Notes: generated by a model from the letters alone, not told the origin. Counted from the whole stretch's first letter, positions 1 through 13,320 are shown. The stretch is 64,000 bases of DNA, filler included, from Lenisia limosa (GCA_001655205.1; 14 parts of 14 records of this genome joined end to end with filler, not necessarily neighbours in it), one strand, 5' to 3'. Made by a program: numbers and translations.

Positions 1-129
1 TTCAATTTCAGTAATCTTATCCTGAAGAATTCGGACAAAAACACGAGTGTACTCCCTGGAGAGAACGTCGATTTCGCTGAAGCTGGTGAACGGGGAACGG
101 TTTTGGCAGTAAATTTCATGTATTCGAAC

Positions 130-228
130 TACGGCTTCACCTCGGTTCGAAAAAAAGACTGAATTTCTCATATTCCTCAAATTCTATCGATAATTTGCCG
201 GACTTTTTCGAACCGAAGTGAATCTCTA
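130..228. mobile_element. hAT-like MITE (family B), ~100 nt, TIR consensus TAGGGCTTCACTTCGGTTCGAAAAAAAGACTG
   Basis: Inverted termini TACGGCTTCACCTCGGTTCGAAAAA ... TTTTTCGAACCGAAGTGAATCTCTA. Flanks ATTCGAAC (122-129) and AATCGAAC (229-236) match 7/8. Confidence 0.85.
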
Positions 229-454
229 AATCGAACAGTGAATTGAATATAGTGATTCGAGAGTTCATTTACCCTACAACTCCGCAAACGATAAGTATGT
301 AACACTCTCATTTTTATAAGATTGAACCCCAAAAATGTTTATAAGGTAATCAGTCTCATTCATGGTAGACATGTGATTATAGTTTTGCTTCAGACTTCTT
401 TCTTTCATCTCACAATTGAAGAAACCCCCATATCCAATAAACCACAAACTCTTT

Positions 455-3228
455 CGTTGGGTCCGGCATGTTAATTGGTGAGATTTCCTCTGTTTTCTTG
501 TCCTTCATAACCTGTTTCTCTTTGGGTGGCACCTATATCATCAGTTCCTCTCGGTGCGATGCGATAATGCACAGCTGTAATTTGAATAAAAAAAAAAGAG
601 GAAGGCATAGGATTGTACCAGTTAATAATAATATCGGCAACCTGTTTAAGATGATGATTAGTGGTCTTCTATCCACCAAGAATTACCAAAAATCGATGAG
701 TGGTAATGGGAGTTATGAAATGCAAAATGACCCCCCCCCCCCAACTGAAGGTTGGGCGTTTTTAGCCACATCAGTAACTGTCACACCTGCATCAGAATCC
801 TGGGAAATGAGGTGCGGATTATCACAGTACGAACTTATTTTACATCATGCAGACGTCATATAAAGGACAATGGGGTGAAATAGGAAGATGTTTGGAAAGT
901 GAAGAGGCTATTTTAAATAACCTTGGAAAAATAAAGACGGGCAAGAAGAGGAGGAAGAAGAAGAAGAAGAAGAAGAAGAACATACGCATCACAAAGCAAC
1001 ACGAAAAACCCCGCCACCTTCTGTGAAGCCGTAGTCTGAGATGCGTCCTCTGACTGAGTTTCCTCTGAAGGTGCGCTGCCATGGTTAATAAGGGATTATA
1101 CTGTAAGATTTACTCCGGCCCGTCTATCGAGACATTCGGTCTTTTTTCAGGCTTAGAGTACCCCCCTCCCCCACTCTTTGTGCACTCCAGGCTCGGTCTT
1201 AATAGGCGTCTCAGCAGGTTTCGGCTGAGATGTTGTGCTCTCTGAAGGAGTCAGTGATGGAATGTTTTCTGAAGGAGACAGTGATGGAAATTGGGATTTG
1301 TTTCTGATTATACTATATATAATATCGATATATATATATATATATATGCTTATATATATTAATTTAGAATTATGTGGGAGAAAAAATGGTTTGAATCACT
1401 ATAATAGCAATTGCAGGAAAGCAAAAATTATGATTACCACATTACAATAACAATAACCGGAAAACAATAATAATTATGACTGAATATTATGGCCGAATAA
1501 CATAATAGCAGCCGGGAAAAAATGATAATATGTCGAAAGAAGAAATAAAACAAGGTTATATCTGCTGGCCGTAGCCGTCCATACCATCAATTAGCAATAA
1601 GCGTAAAACAATCAAAACAATGGCCAAATCACCACGTCTCATACCGGTTTCGGAACCCGGCTCTGTCTTGCCGTCTTCAGAATTGGTCACCTTCTCGGCC
1701 AGCTCCTTCGCCTTGGCCTTCTTGGCAGCCTCGTCTTTGATGCGGTTGTGTTGCTCCTCCACGCGTTTCTTGTACTGGACTGTGGGAGAGGAGTTAAATT
1801 GGAAAATATAGAACAAAAAAAAAACCCAAAATCAACTCTGTTGGCTGACAATACACAAGGGTTGATAACCATCTCTCTCAAGGGGTAACAAATCTCTTCA
1901 GAAAAATTAGCTATATCTCTTATTTGGAATACTAAATATTGAATTTCAGCGACATCAAAGGCTGGATTTAATTAAATTAAAGTAAAGAGTAAAACAGCTG
2001 ATAGGTAAAAATGAATGATAAAATAAGGTAATATCAGGCCAAAGCTGTCCACACCATCACACTTAGAAGATATATTGGATTATATAGTAAAATAGTAATT
2101 CACCCAATCAGTTGCCTGGGAATAGTCAAGAGCAGCGGGGTTCGAGGGTGTGTCTATTGTTTACGGTATCCCAAAGTAATAAGAATATTAAACAATCGAA
2201 AGCCACTTACATAAAAGAAGTCGTAGCTGATAGCGACACGCCTATAGTGGTTAAGAAGGAAAATGAAAGCTGTCCTAATTGATACAGTTTGGCAATATTA
2301 AAGTGATTATCTGTGTGACATATGATGTAGATTACTCAAGAAAAACTGTTATAAGAACAAGGACTCCGTGGAATTGAGGAAATCATTCCAGAAGTAGAAA
2401 TTAAAGCCAAAGTTCAGGATAATGACCCCCTTTCAAATATTCAAATAATTTAGTGCAATTAATTCAGAAAATCATTTTTGATTTTAAAGTGGGATATATT
2501 CCAACTTTTCAAACACTTAAATTTCAAATTTTATCATTGAAACCTCAATACATTAATATCCCGGAGAGAGTCTTAATACCGATAAGGTATCCCTTGATAT
2601 TATTTAATCCCCTTCATACCTGGGGGCAGACATAGTAAGGGCAGGGTCTGTTGGCAATGTTGTACTTATCAGCAACACATCTGAGGGGAATGGAAGTTTT
2701 ATATGTAATCCCGAAGACTTTATACTTATTTTTTTCTTGCTGTCAAACATATCTTATGTCTTTGTGATACTTATACACCATTATGAGAGGTTACACGATC
2801 AGAGGATATGATAATGGGAGATGATGAGGGGAATTGCTGATGGATTCACAAAAGCGAGATGCAAACACGTCAAAAATGAGCCAAAACCTTACCTTGCAAT
2901 ATTAGAGTAGTTTCCATAAAACCGCTGAGTTGAATGCAGGAGCAAAACAGTCAATGCTGGCTCCCATCCTAAGAAGTCAGGAATGTCTGACAAAAATAAT
3001 TTGGAAAAAAAGACCCTCATACCCAAATTATTTAGGAATAACAACATTAAATATCAACCTACGCTGGTGGCCTTTCTGGTCTCTTTTTTGATGCTGTTGC
3101 TGCCTCAACTTCGCTTGAATAAGTTGCTGTTGCTGTTGTTGTGTAAGGGGGGGTTGTGAGGACGATGGGTTCGCCTGTGGAGGATGTCCTGGTTGCTGAA
3201 ACCCCTGTCCGGAGTGAGGATGACTCAT
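455..3228 (-). CDS. Multi-exon hypothetical protein with a Gln/Pro-rich N-terminus and Lys/Glu- and Ser/Pro-rich C-terminal parts; 3' end not resolved
   Basis: First exon MSHPHSGQGFQQPGHPPQ...QKGHQR ends at a GTAGG donor. Further exon-like reads: GWEPALTVLLLHSTQRFYGNYSNIA (~2890-2970), DKYNIANRPCPYYVCPQ (~2625-2680), VQYKKRVEEQHNRIKDEAAKKAKAKELAEK (~1650-1779), APSEETQSEDASQTTASQK (~1015-1080). Confidence 0.55.
1780..1870 (-). repeat. Family A intronic repeat forming the host 3' splice site
   Basis: Minus strand GTTATCAACCCTTGTGTATTGTCAGCCAACAGAGTTGATTTTGGG...TTTTCCAATTTAACTCCTCTCCCACAG, followed directly by the exon VQYKKRVEEQ. Confidence 0.85.
2030..2110 (+). repeat. Dispersed repeat family C (core CAAAGC(T/C)GTCCACACCATCAC(A/G)CTTAGAAGAGATATTG). 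Other copies at ~14260-14362, 28487-28548, 29752-29820, 37215-37250, 38435-38500, 62770-62860 (reverse), 63420-63465
   Basis: Direct visual alignment of the copies. Several begin with ACAGTAGAGATGA(G/A)AAATAAAA. Confidence 0.8.
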
Positions 3229-3609
3229 GATGGCTCCTTAGACGATGGGGAACTTCAAAATGTATTTTCTTAAGAAGGCATCCGATGCTACATTCTTTTA
3301 AAAGCTATAATACTATAAGATTCTTTGATTGAGCCTTTATATCTAAATTTTGCGCTGCTGTTTTGTTTGATCGGAAAAAACTAATCTTTAAATACAAGGC
3401 GCAACGTGGGCGCCATTATTTGTTTGCACGCAGTGCGTCAGCGCTCACTATAAAAATCCAAATGAAGTATTAAACTAAATGGTATGACGCTTTGAACGAC
3501 TTCTTGGATTAGACAACATTGTATATATATATATATATTATAGAGAAAAACAACAGTAGAAGAGAAGGCAATAAAAAGAATATTGAGTTACATTTGGCCA
3601 GATTAAACC

Positions 3610-4471
3610 ATGGCAAATATCTTTGATATAGATTTCTTCTGTAAACGAGCAGATTTGGTAAGAGAACAATCAGGACTTTTCAAATTCACTCTTCCCAGGC
3701 GCCATGTCGAGTGCTACAGTACTCTATGGATCCGGATGTTTGTGAGGTAGGATATTTAGGACAAGTCGGGCCTCTTTTTCTCTTGTGTGTTCCCTTTTAA
3801 CCTGTTTCAGCCTCCCAATTTCTCCGGGCTCAATTACTTCTTTCTAATGCCTCTTATTGGCGTTATTTGCTTCCTTGGTGGGTTCAAATTCAGGATTATG
3901 CTGGGTTTTGCAATTAATCTTACTCCCCACTAGGTTACCAACAAGCTAAGAAGGCGTTTGAAAACAAAGATGCAAGGGGTATGCTGGGAAATACAAGTGT
4001 TGGAATGGTCAATGACCGGTGGGCATCTAATACAACCTTGATCAACAGAAGGGACTTGGATTGACAACATCAGGGTATCAGTTCTGGGGAGCCTTCTTTG
4101 GGCTCTTCGTGGCGCTAATGGTTAATAGTGCCATCTATTTATGCATGGCTTACGACATTGAGTCAACTGTGTCAAAGGTAAGGAGTTCCCCCTATCTGGT
4201 TCGTTATGTTAAGCTCCTAAAGTCCAAAACTGACTTTTTTTTTTTTTTTTTGTTTCCAGTCTTTGTTTAAAGTCGGGAAAGCCTTAATTTGATTTCTTCT
4301 TTCTTGCTGATTGTTATTGTTGCATCTTGTTTTGCGGTATTAGATCAGTATCCTCTGAGACTTTTCAATGCTGCTGTCACTTTTGTAGCATTTTTGTTTG
4401 TTTTCCAAGCTCTAGTATTACTTTACAGCTTTTTAGTGGTTGATCTGTTTCTGACTAATGGGGGTTTATGA
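3610..4471 (+). CDS. Multi-exon multi-pass membrane protein; weak resemblance to the N-terminus of Chs7-type chitin synthase export chaperones
   Basis: Spliced read MANIFDIDFFCKRADL|APCRVLQYSMDPDVCE|PPNFSGLNYFFLMPLIGVICFL, then hydrophobic exons FWGAFFGLFVALMVNSAIYLCMAY and LISSFLLIVIVASCFAVL...FLFVFQALVLLYSFLVV; canonical GT-AG introns. The family label is from memory of motif spacing only. Confidence 0.55.
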
Positions 4472-4725
4472 ATATCAAACAATTCATATCTATTCGGGTT
4501 CGGGTTTCAATTACGCCTCTCCTCATCCATCTTCTTTCTTTAAGGAAATTTCTTTCGCCTCTTTGTTTTATTTCAAACCATATATTCTCGCTTATGAAGA
4601 TTTCTGTTTTGAAATTGAATAGTGTGATTCTGAAAGGACTTATATTGTGCACCTCTCTTCACGTTATAGCTGGCTGAGAGTTGGCATTGCTTCTGTTTCT
4701 TTTCTTAAATTTTCCATTTTTACCC

Positions 4726-4825
4726 NNNNNNNNNNNNNNNNNNNNNNNNNNNNNNNNNNNNNNNNNNNNTTAATTAATTAANNNNNNNNNNNNNNNNNNN
4801 NNNNNNNNNNNNNNNNNNNNNNNNN
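4726..4825. other. Artificial contig spacer (44 N + TTAATTAATTAA + 44 N). Identical spacers at 5931-6030, 7472-7571, 19787-19886, 21692-21791, 23630-23729, 29960-30059, 34028-34127, 37811-37910, 39972-40071, 44707-44806, 48484-48583, 62526-62625
   Basis: Thirteen 100-nt copies with a six-frame-stop 12-mer in the centre. Genes (PDE, SLU7, SEC13, dyneins) are truncated at these points. Confidence 0.98.
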
Positions 4826-5930
4826 CAAAACGCCCTCCTCTCCACTCCAATGTACACCATCCAGTCCCTAGGTATGGCCTTGAATTTTTGGATTGTGTGC
4901 TCTAGAAATCTCTCCGTGTGGGCCAACCAATCCATTTCTTGTGTTTTTAACTACACAGTTGACCAAGTCCTTTCCTCCGAAACCGACACTCTTAGTGAAG
5001 CGCATAAAGAATCCCTGACAAGGGTACAGGAGCTCTTGCGAGGTTAGCGGACGTAGAAAATTCATCATATAGATGACTACAGATTCAGTCTCATTGAACT
5101 CATTACTTTCTCAGTTGCTACGTATTTGCGATTCTTGTAACTTGATTGTAGATATTGTTTATTTTTTTTTTATTTTATTTTTTTTTCCCTCCCAAAAAGA
5201 CTGAATTTTTCTTTTGATAATTCCTAGATGTGTTATTATTGTATCAAAAAAAAGAAGCTCGTATTGTCCTCTGAGACAGAAAAACGTTGAATTCCTTTTT
5301 CGGCCGTTTCATGAGTTCTATTTTCTTACCCATTGTCAGAAGGAAACCTCTTCGAGCCAACCCTAAAGCGTGCCAGCCAGCAAGTTGACGACAAAACCAA
5401 GAGCTGGCTCACGACCACGCTCAACTCGGCCGCCATGGAGACCCCGGGACGCATCAGACAAAGCTCCATCGTCTGTGATAAAATCGGTTTGTGGGGCCTA
5501 CAATATATATATACTAATTGGTTTTTTGAGGCTACTGGACGATCCCATTGATTGATGAGGGACACCGCTTTTTATGATTTTAACATGATGTTTCTTTTGC
5601 TTTCATGATTAGTACCGTTTTGCCATTCATCACCTTAGAAATGGAGATGCTCCGCAAGTCCAATATTGACTTCCGCAAGGTGACAACCTGGGAGTTCGAC
5701 TGCTGGGAAATCGCGGAGGATGAGCTTGTCCATGTCCTCATGTTCATTATCAAGGAATTGGTGGGGAGGAGTACAAATGAATTGTTCTTTCTCATCAATA
5801 TTACCCCTTTTCCTAAAAGACATTGATGCAATGCCACTTTTAACCTTCCAGGGACTGATTAAGTCCTGCAACATCAAATTAGCGAAGCTTGAGAGTTTCC
5901 TCGCTCACGTCCAAACGTCATACCGCAATA
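4826..5930 (+). CDS. Class I 3',5'-cyclic nucleotide phosphodiesterase (partial; ends just before the catalytic YHN motif)
   Basis: Exons EMLRKSNIDFRKVTTWEFDCWEIAEDELVHVLMFIIKEL and GLIKSCNIKLAKLESFLAHVQTSYRN match the start of the PDEase_I domain (WxFD...L..FL..V...Y). Confidence 0.85.
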
Positions 5931-6186
5931 NNNNNNNNNNNNNNNNNNNNNNNNNNNNNNNNNNNNNNNNNNNNTTAATTAATTAANNNNNNNNNNNNNN
6001 NNNNNNNNNNNNNNNNNNNNNNNNNNNNNNGCTGACAACACACAAGGGTTGGGAACCACAAAACAAAGGTGGGGGTGGGGGGGCGAAGTAAACAGTATTA
6101 CACAACAACGCATTGGCTTGGGGTTTTTATGAACAAGTTTGTATTTCCATTATTTTCATAGTGTATGGGTATCCAATGTAAACATA

Positions 6187-6235
6187 CAGTGACCAGGATA
6201 AGTCTTGACCGATTTGCTATGTGATTTCCCACTTA
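6187..6235 (+). mobile_element. One end of a Tc1/mariner-like MITE (family D). Another half copy at ~27751-27790
   Basis: TA|CAGTGACCAGGATAAGTCTTGACCGAT matches the complete copies at 25231 and 33905. Confidence 0.65.
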
Positions 6236-6245
6236 TCTTTCATAG

Positions 6246-6619
6246 GCGCAATGGCCTCAGTCCGTCCGAGACGCGTTTAATTGGATCAGTGTTGTCAACG
6301 CCAATGGTAACGGGGGGGAAACGTTTGCCTATTTCCGAGGTAAAAGACATGGGCATTGGGAACCCAAAGAAAAAAGTAGAGAAAGTTTCCCGTCTTCCTA
6401 ACTTCCTTTTTTGCAGTAAAGTCTCTATTGAAACTAGGATCATAGAGATCAGATCAGCAGTCGATCAATCCCCCATATGTGTTACCCCCAGCCCCTCCTT
6501 GACTTACCCCAATACCCTGCACCTATTTTATTTTATTTATTTTTACCCCTCTAACCCCCGTAGTTGAATTAGCAGCACCGGAATGCGCAGTTGGCCGAAC
6601 GTTTACCTATTACGACAAG
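6246..6619 (+). CDS. Two exons of a probable membrane-protein gene (fragment)
   Basis: AG|AQWPQSVRDAFNWISVVNAN|GT and AG|AAPECAVGRTFTYYDK|GT with canonical boundaries. Confidence 0.45.
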
Positions 6620-7571
6620 GTGGGGGAAAGCTGACATACTACATGATCTGAATTTTGTTTGTTTTGGTGTTTTCAACCCTCGTGTGTTGCGCTTTTATAT
6701 TGCATTAATTATCCATGTCTAGTTTTAGCGTTGGTTGTTTGTGTTTGTTGTAGCTTGTTTTTTTGTTTTTTGTTTGGAGTTTCAGAATATTCGGTTCGTG
6801 ATTAGTAAGTACTGTTTCGACCATATTCTTCATCGAAATTTCCTTGGTTTTACTCCCCCCGCCCCACCACCCACCTTCTTATAACAATGTATGGAGTATC
6901 TCATGACAATTACATCTCACTATTTACTCTCTCTCTCTCATGAACACGAATCTCACCATTTAGTATCTCATGAAAATTATTTCGCCTCTTGGAGCAATAG
7001 CGTTCATTTTCCTGGTGTACCTCGCCACCTGCCTCCTTTCCTTCATCCTCAAAATGACCGGCAAAAAACCGCTTAGGTTTTGGGGGTGTAAATAGCGGTT
7101 CGAAAAAAGATTAAATTTCTTGATAAATTTCAGAACACTCTCGATATTTTTTCGATTTTTTCAGAACAGAGTAAGCGTCGTGATATATATCGATATACAC
7201 GCTCCTAAATTGCTTCATTATTTGTTTGATTTTGGTTACTTGTTATGAAGTGTTCAACTGCTTTTTTAGTTACATTTTTAATTTTGTGTGTAATTACTTA
7301 TCATAAAATTTCACTCACTCCTGGCCGAAAAATGTCGATAAAACAGTAGATTTTGGATTATTATTTTATTATTAAGTATTATTATTAGTATTATTACTAG
7401 TATTATTACTAGTATTATTATTAGTAGTAGTAGTATTAGTTTTTGTATTTTTAATATTATTATTATTATTANNNNNNNNNNNNNNNNNNNNNNNNNNNNN
7501 NNNNNNNNNNNNNNNTTAATTAATTAANNNNNNNNNNNNNNNNNNNNNNNNNNNNNNNNNNNNNNNNNNNN

Positions 7572-7712
7572 CAAGCAGCATACCACCAGGGTCAAAACAA
7601 GCAACACCAGGGTCAAAACAAGCAGCATACCAATGCAACACCAGGGCCAAAACAAGCAGCATACCACCAGGGTCAAAACAAGCAACACCAGGGTCAAAAC
7701 AAGCAGCATACC
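7572..7712. repeat. Compound minisatellite of 21-nt (CAAGCAACACCAGGGTCAAAA) and 26-nt (CAAGCAGCATACCACCAGGGTCAAAA) units at a contig end
   Basis: Units read directly from the sequence. Confidence 0.9.
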
Positions 7713-7829
7713 TCCCATTTGAGGCCATGTCTCAGCACTGGGTTGTCGTCGGTGCTAAGTGCTGAGTAACATACAGGAAATTGGTGTTATCGACTCGGTA
7801 AACAGTGTCGTGTGAGGATAACAATAAAA

Positions 7830-10800
7830 TATCAAGAAGATTGCTTGGTGTCCTAAGATTGACCCACACTATGTACGTCTGAGGACTTGCTTGATATGGA
7901 ACTGGAGGGAGAACGGAGGTCTGAAGTGGTTAGAATCCGTCCAGTGTGGTGATAGGAACTTCTCTCACTTCAGAGAACAAGAGAATAGAAATCCAAAACA
8001 TCAACACCCTACTGTTATGATCGGATTTTGGTAAATTTGGCTCGGACATGAGCGGTGCGTTTTCAGGAAGGTACACATAGTCATCTTCTTGCTTTTCAGA
8101 CTGGGCATAAAGCTGTACAGTCAATTGGATGAATCGAAATTCATCTATCTCCCCTTCCCTCCAACATTAAGAATGTCCTTTTGGTCGGCAGATTGCCTCT
8201 TTTTCATCCAAGTTGTGGCTGTTTTTTTGGATTGGAAAATAAAAAAGGCGCTTGTATAGATGCAAAGATGCCACATGCTGTGAATGACAAAGTAGTTCTG
8301 AAAGGATAAGGAATAGCTCTGAAAGTGAGCACCTGTTGAGTCGCCAGAAGAGCGAAGCACAAGGCTCCCGTTGAGCCAAGGATGATACCTACAGTGAAGG
8401 GCAGCGCCTTGAACCTGACAGGTGACAACATGCTCATTCATATTTTAATTCAAACCTTGGTGGAACAAAAGCGCAACTTCCGCACAGCAAATAACCATGC
8501 CCGGTGTCTGCAAGGTTAAGAGGAAACAGACACAAGAAAAGAGTCCGCTGTTGACCACTCACCATATGCAAAGGAGTGGCCGAAAAAGAGAATAATGCCG
8601 AAGAGCACAACAAATGCGTAGTTGGCGGAATCAAACCGGTCCTAAGGAGTAACAAAAGGGTCTGCATTAATATTCAGTAGCATTATTTAGAGCAACCATC
8701 AAACCCTAGCAATTAACATGGCAGAAAAGACAGCAGAGACAACCAGAGCCAAACTCTGTCGTTCCGGCTTCACCTTAACAGTAATTCAAGACTGAGTTTC
8801 AAAACTCAAAAGCGAAGTTTTGTTTGCTATTCGTATGAAGTATTTACAATCATATATGCACATATGTTCAGCCATGTTGGTCCCGAGGGAACATGGCGGG
8901 AGGGATGGGTGCCTCGGGAATCCCGAGGAAGAGCCCAAAAAGTCGAGACCCAACCACGTTCCTAAGGGCGGTCCCGTGTGTACATTGGCGATCATATACC
9001 CATGGGATCTTTTTCGGCATCATTTTTAGAGGGTCGTCATTTGTCAAAAGTATTATACTTTTCTGGAAACTATCACCGTTGTCCCGAAAGGATCTTGAGT
9101 TAGCTGAACTTTACTTAAAAAATGAAGTTTTAAGAAAAAATTTGACATATATATATGTAGCTATACATATGATGAAATCCACAGTAAAAAATGACGTTCT
9201 AAAAATGCCCAATGTATATCGATCGATACGATACATATATATCATATCATATGATATAGACTATTGAATGGTAGAAAAACATGTTCAAAGAGCGCGTAAA
9301 TAGTGTTAACACAGTTTCGGTAAGCAAGGGTCCCACCTCCATCGCAACAATAGTGGTAGTAGCCATTGCATATAGAGCCAGGAAGAAGTCAGCCTGTTGC
9401 CAAGTCCAAAACGACATCCTGGTCCGGTAAGATCAATACCCCGGTTGTAGTTGCCATTTGAACTCACCAGAAGCTGTAAGCGGATGTGTCACTCAAATGG
9501 TAAAGTACCGATGTGATGCCTGACATTACAAAAACTGCGGACACTGCCGTATGGCCCAATTTACGAGATGAGAATATCGGAAGCACCTGAAGGGGTGTGA
9601 ATGGGAATGAAAACAACATTATTCAGGATTTCTTCGCTGAAAATTTGGTCACACATGCCATACACATTTTTGAAAAAAAACCCCAATCGCGAAAGTGTCC
9701 GATTTTGAAATAAAGTAGAATTTTGTCCACCCACCACAGCGAGGTTTGAGAGGGTCAGGAACAAGACCTGAATAAGATACATCAGAGATGAGTAGGCTTC
9801 TGGCGTATTAATGTTGCAAATGTTTGTATGACCCACCTTCAGAGCAATCCTCTCCAGTCCATCGATGCCACTCTCCACATGTACATCGCCCTAATAGCGT
9901 TATCATTAAGTAATCCCAGGAATGAAAGAAAAGGTACAGAATCACGTTTCCAAAGCAAAAACGACACACTAAAATGTCGAGAAATTGGAAACACTCAAAG
10001 TGAAAAATGCGCTGTAAATGTAATAGTATAATAACAATTGAGAACTATTATTTGATGATTTCGTGTCAGTAAACACTAAACCAGAAAGCCTCCACACCCA
10101 GTGGAGTATCGTGGTACCTTGAAACCGAGCAGTAGCCATGACCTGAACTGATTCATCAGATGGGAGTTTTATTTTGATTGGACAATTGAAAAGCCGCCAT
10201 ATTGATTCTGTTCCACATACCAGGCATTTGGGCATGGAAAGCTTTGAATGTACATATTAAAAGCGAGGCCGCTCCTGTAGGTGTAAGATACATATTAAAA
10301 GCGAGGCTCCTGTTGGTGTAAGGTTGATTTAGATAGGATGTATACGTATGATCAACAAGTGCTAACGTGTTACGCTGTCGCTAATGCCCTCCTCACTCAT
10401 CAACATCCTCAAGATCAGAGCCAGAGTGAGCACAAACTGTGATGAACCAGAAGCCCAAGCCGGGGAAGGTGAACTCATGGATGTGAGCGCTGTCCTGAAA
10501 AATGTTCTCAATAGTCTCCGAGGTGGATGAGCTGCAAGGTGAGAAGTGCAGTTACAATCTAGATGTGATATCATGACTCCTTCCCAGCCAACTTGATGGA
10601 TCGATGGCTGAGGGTCACATCAAAGAAGGGCAGCGTTCTTGCTGACCTGATCTCTGAGAACTGCTTGAAACCAAATATCCATTGTTGAGAGATAGAATGG
10701 GCCCCCATACTCTCCCTTGATTTTGCTATCCTGGTATCTGGCAAAGAGGTCTTCATACTCCGCCGTGGCACCAGCTTGGTAGTGCAGGAAGTGCAGATGG

Positions 10801-13320
10801 AAGTAGCCAGCGGTGGTGAGCGCTATGGGATGTGACTAAGATAAAGTATGGATCTCCATATTGCGTTTATAACCCTCTCAACGGTTCAAGTTGAAATAGA
10901 ACGACTTGCACTCCAACGGCTGCAGGTGGTGCGTGAAAGTCGGGAATGAGTCGATATTATCCACAAAAATCTGCAGTTTGTTAAGAAGGAATACCATAAA
11001 AAATAGTTTCACACTTCTACACAGGGTTCAATCAGGGCCTACCTCAGCGGAGGGGGAGACAGAATATTCAGTTGCTACAATGGGGTCGGAAGTGTGGGTG
11101 TCTGGTGGCGGAAGCGTCCAAACAGAATACAATGAGGATGAAGGGATAATCACGAGAGGTGTGCTCCTTTGCTCATCTAGGGATATTAGAAACCTTCATC
11201 CATCATTTCTCCTATCATTTGAGCAGTGGGATTCATACTCAAGTAATTGACAATGGTCAAAGTTGCCGCATCAGAACCACAAGTGGCATAGAAATACCAG
11301 ACACCATCTGAAAAAAATGAAGGTATGAAGAAGAAGCCTATGTCGTCTATCGTTATTTCACTGTTCCGTTGTCCTTCCTGGCACTCCATGTTACCATTGG
11401 GATGGCTGATACTCAGTACGGCGCTCTCAACAGCAAGATCGTAGGACGGCCCAGAAGGCCAGTCCGATGTTAACACGGGTGCCATATGTCTGGGGGGGGG
11501 GGTCAACTTTGGTTCTTTCAAGACTGTTGGGCCATGGAAGGGACACGTACCTGGCTTCAATACGAGGTTCTGCTTGGCAATTTTCCATTGTGGCTGTCAA
11601 CGTCCGTGTCCGATGTGATACCGGGTATCTGAGATGGCCGCCAAGTGGGTACGCCGTTTTATTCAATGCATGAACAATGCCTGAGTAGAGTGAATATAAA
11701 GTTGTCAATTAGGCAACCAGATCATTGCGATCATTCTCAAGTCCCCCCCCCCCCCACTTTGTTCACATGTGTATCCGGTAACGTCATCATCATCACATGC
11801 TACAAAAATAATGGAAGCCCAGATACTTCAGATTGGTGCAAAAAAAGTGATTCAAAAGAGAAAAAAGTACTGTGTAACAATTGATGAAAAGGGGATACTC
11901 TCCAAGAAAAAATGAAAAATAATTATAAGTATTTAGTCAAAATCATCAACACTGTTTTACAAAGAATAACATTTATTGTTAAAATACCCATCACATACAC
12001 CAAAAGGCAGCATCCCACACGGCTCTGAAAGTACAAGCAGTGAACAGGATATTGGGCTCGCTTGAGGCTAGGTCCTGGGCCTCGGTGACAACATGGTAGC
12101 GGCCGGGTCGAGGGAGGTTCAGATAGACCTTGATAATAACACACTAGCCGAAGGGTTGATTACCTCCGTTTGCTCAAGTCCGATGGTGAGCACTGCAGGG
12201 ATGTTCAGCGACNNNNNNNNNNNNNNNNNNNNNNNNNNNNNNNNNNNNNNNNNNNNNNNNNNNNNNNNNNNNNNNNNNNNNNNNNNNNNNNNNNNNNNNN
12301 NNNNNNNNNNNNNNNNNNNNNNNNNNNNNNNNNNNNNNNNNNNNNNNNNNNNNNNNNNNNNNNNNNNNNNNNCATGTAAGGTCAAAACGGGTTGTATCCA
12401 GGGTTACACAAAAGTCCAGAAAAATATCGACAAACTCAGTCTTTTTTGAAACGAAGTGAAACTCTAGATGTACTATATCTGATAAATTTGTCCATCATGC
12501 AGAAAAGTTTGCAAAACCTCCGCCTACCGTAGCGAGTGAAATGACGATGTCCGCAATATCCTCCATGAAGCCAGGAACGGCATTGTACCGGATCCTCAAC
12601 TCGGGAGGACAGGAGGCAGGGTCAGCCCGGTAGAAAAACGAGGCACTAAACCGTGGGACTTGTATAATTGAAAGAGTTGCTCACACATGAAAATATAACC
12701 CTTGCATTGGAACGCACCTGTGAGTTCCAGGTGGGATATCGAACACGTCCAAACGACGAGATTGCGGCTCTATTTCATTTGGAAACTTGTTCACCCCTGT
12801 TGGTTAACTTCGATTTGAGTCACGTGAAGAATGCTCAAATATGAAATATTCTAAGCAATTGAGTTCTCATGTTAGCAATATGTCTGAAAAGAGGAAAATA
12901 GAGGCTGAGGAGCACAGTTAATTCCTGAAGAAAAACGCATCAAATTGTATAGCAGCTCACCGTAAGAGAAAGTGACGTTGGGAGAAAGAGAGACCGCATT
13001 TTGTACAGCATAATAAAGTAATACACTCAGATAGAGGTATCTGAAAGGCATTGCTGAGGAACGGTCTTTAAACAACTCTTTTTTGGAATTTAGTGTTGAG
13101 AGTGGTGTTAGATTGTGAGATAGGGTGTTAGTGTTGAAACAGAGTGCTGCAGATCTGGGGAATAGGTGGCCTCCGATTTCCGATATTCCAGTTCCAGATA
13201 ATATGATAATATGATAAATAATAAAATCTTAGCACACTGGCGCACTGGCGGGGCGAGGGCGAGACAGCGAAGAGAGAAGGAAAGGTGTGACACATGGGTA
13301 GTAAGATCCTGGGGGACATT
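7830..13320 (-). CDS. TMEM8/PGAP6/myomaker-family protein (CREST superfamily): large extracellular region, EGF-like domain and 7 TM. Core 8180-10240 well supported; both ends approximate
   Basis: Spliced read FPCPNAC|SGHGYCSVSRYHDTPL|GRCTCGEWHRWTGEDCSE (EGF), QVLFLTLSNLAVV, AVSAVFVMSGITSVLYHLSD, FWTWQQADFFLALYAMATT, NYFVIHSMWHLCIYTSAFFIF. These match the TMEM8 motifs LSN, SxxYH, QxxDF and HSxWH. Confidence 0.85.

Noticed and set aside
4770-4781. Recurrent TTAATTAATTAA as a biological motif
   Set aside because: It is always centred in exactly 44+44 N and coincides with gene truncations, so it is an assembly concatenation linker.
7572-7712. CRISPR array, telomeric repeat or repeat-encoding ORFs (7516-7728)
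   Set aside because: There are no unique spacers, the units are not a short telomere motif, and the ORFs run into the artificial spacer.
9561-9878. Ulp1-like protease suggested by NVVFIPIHTP
   Set aside because: That stretch is intronic. The flanking exons read as TMEM8-family TM segments (QVLFLTLSNLAVV|LPIFSSRKLGHTAV).
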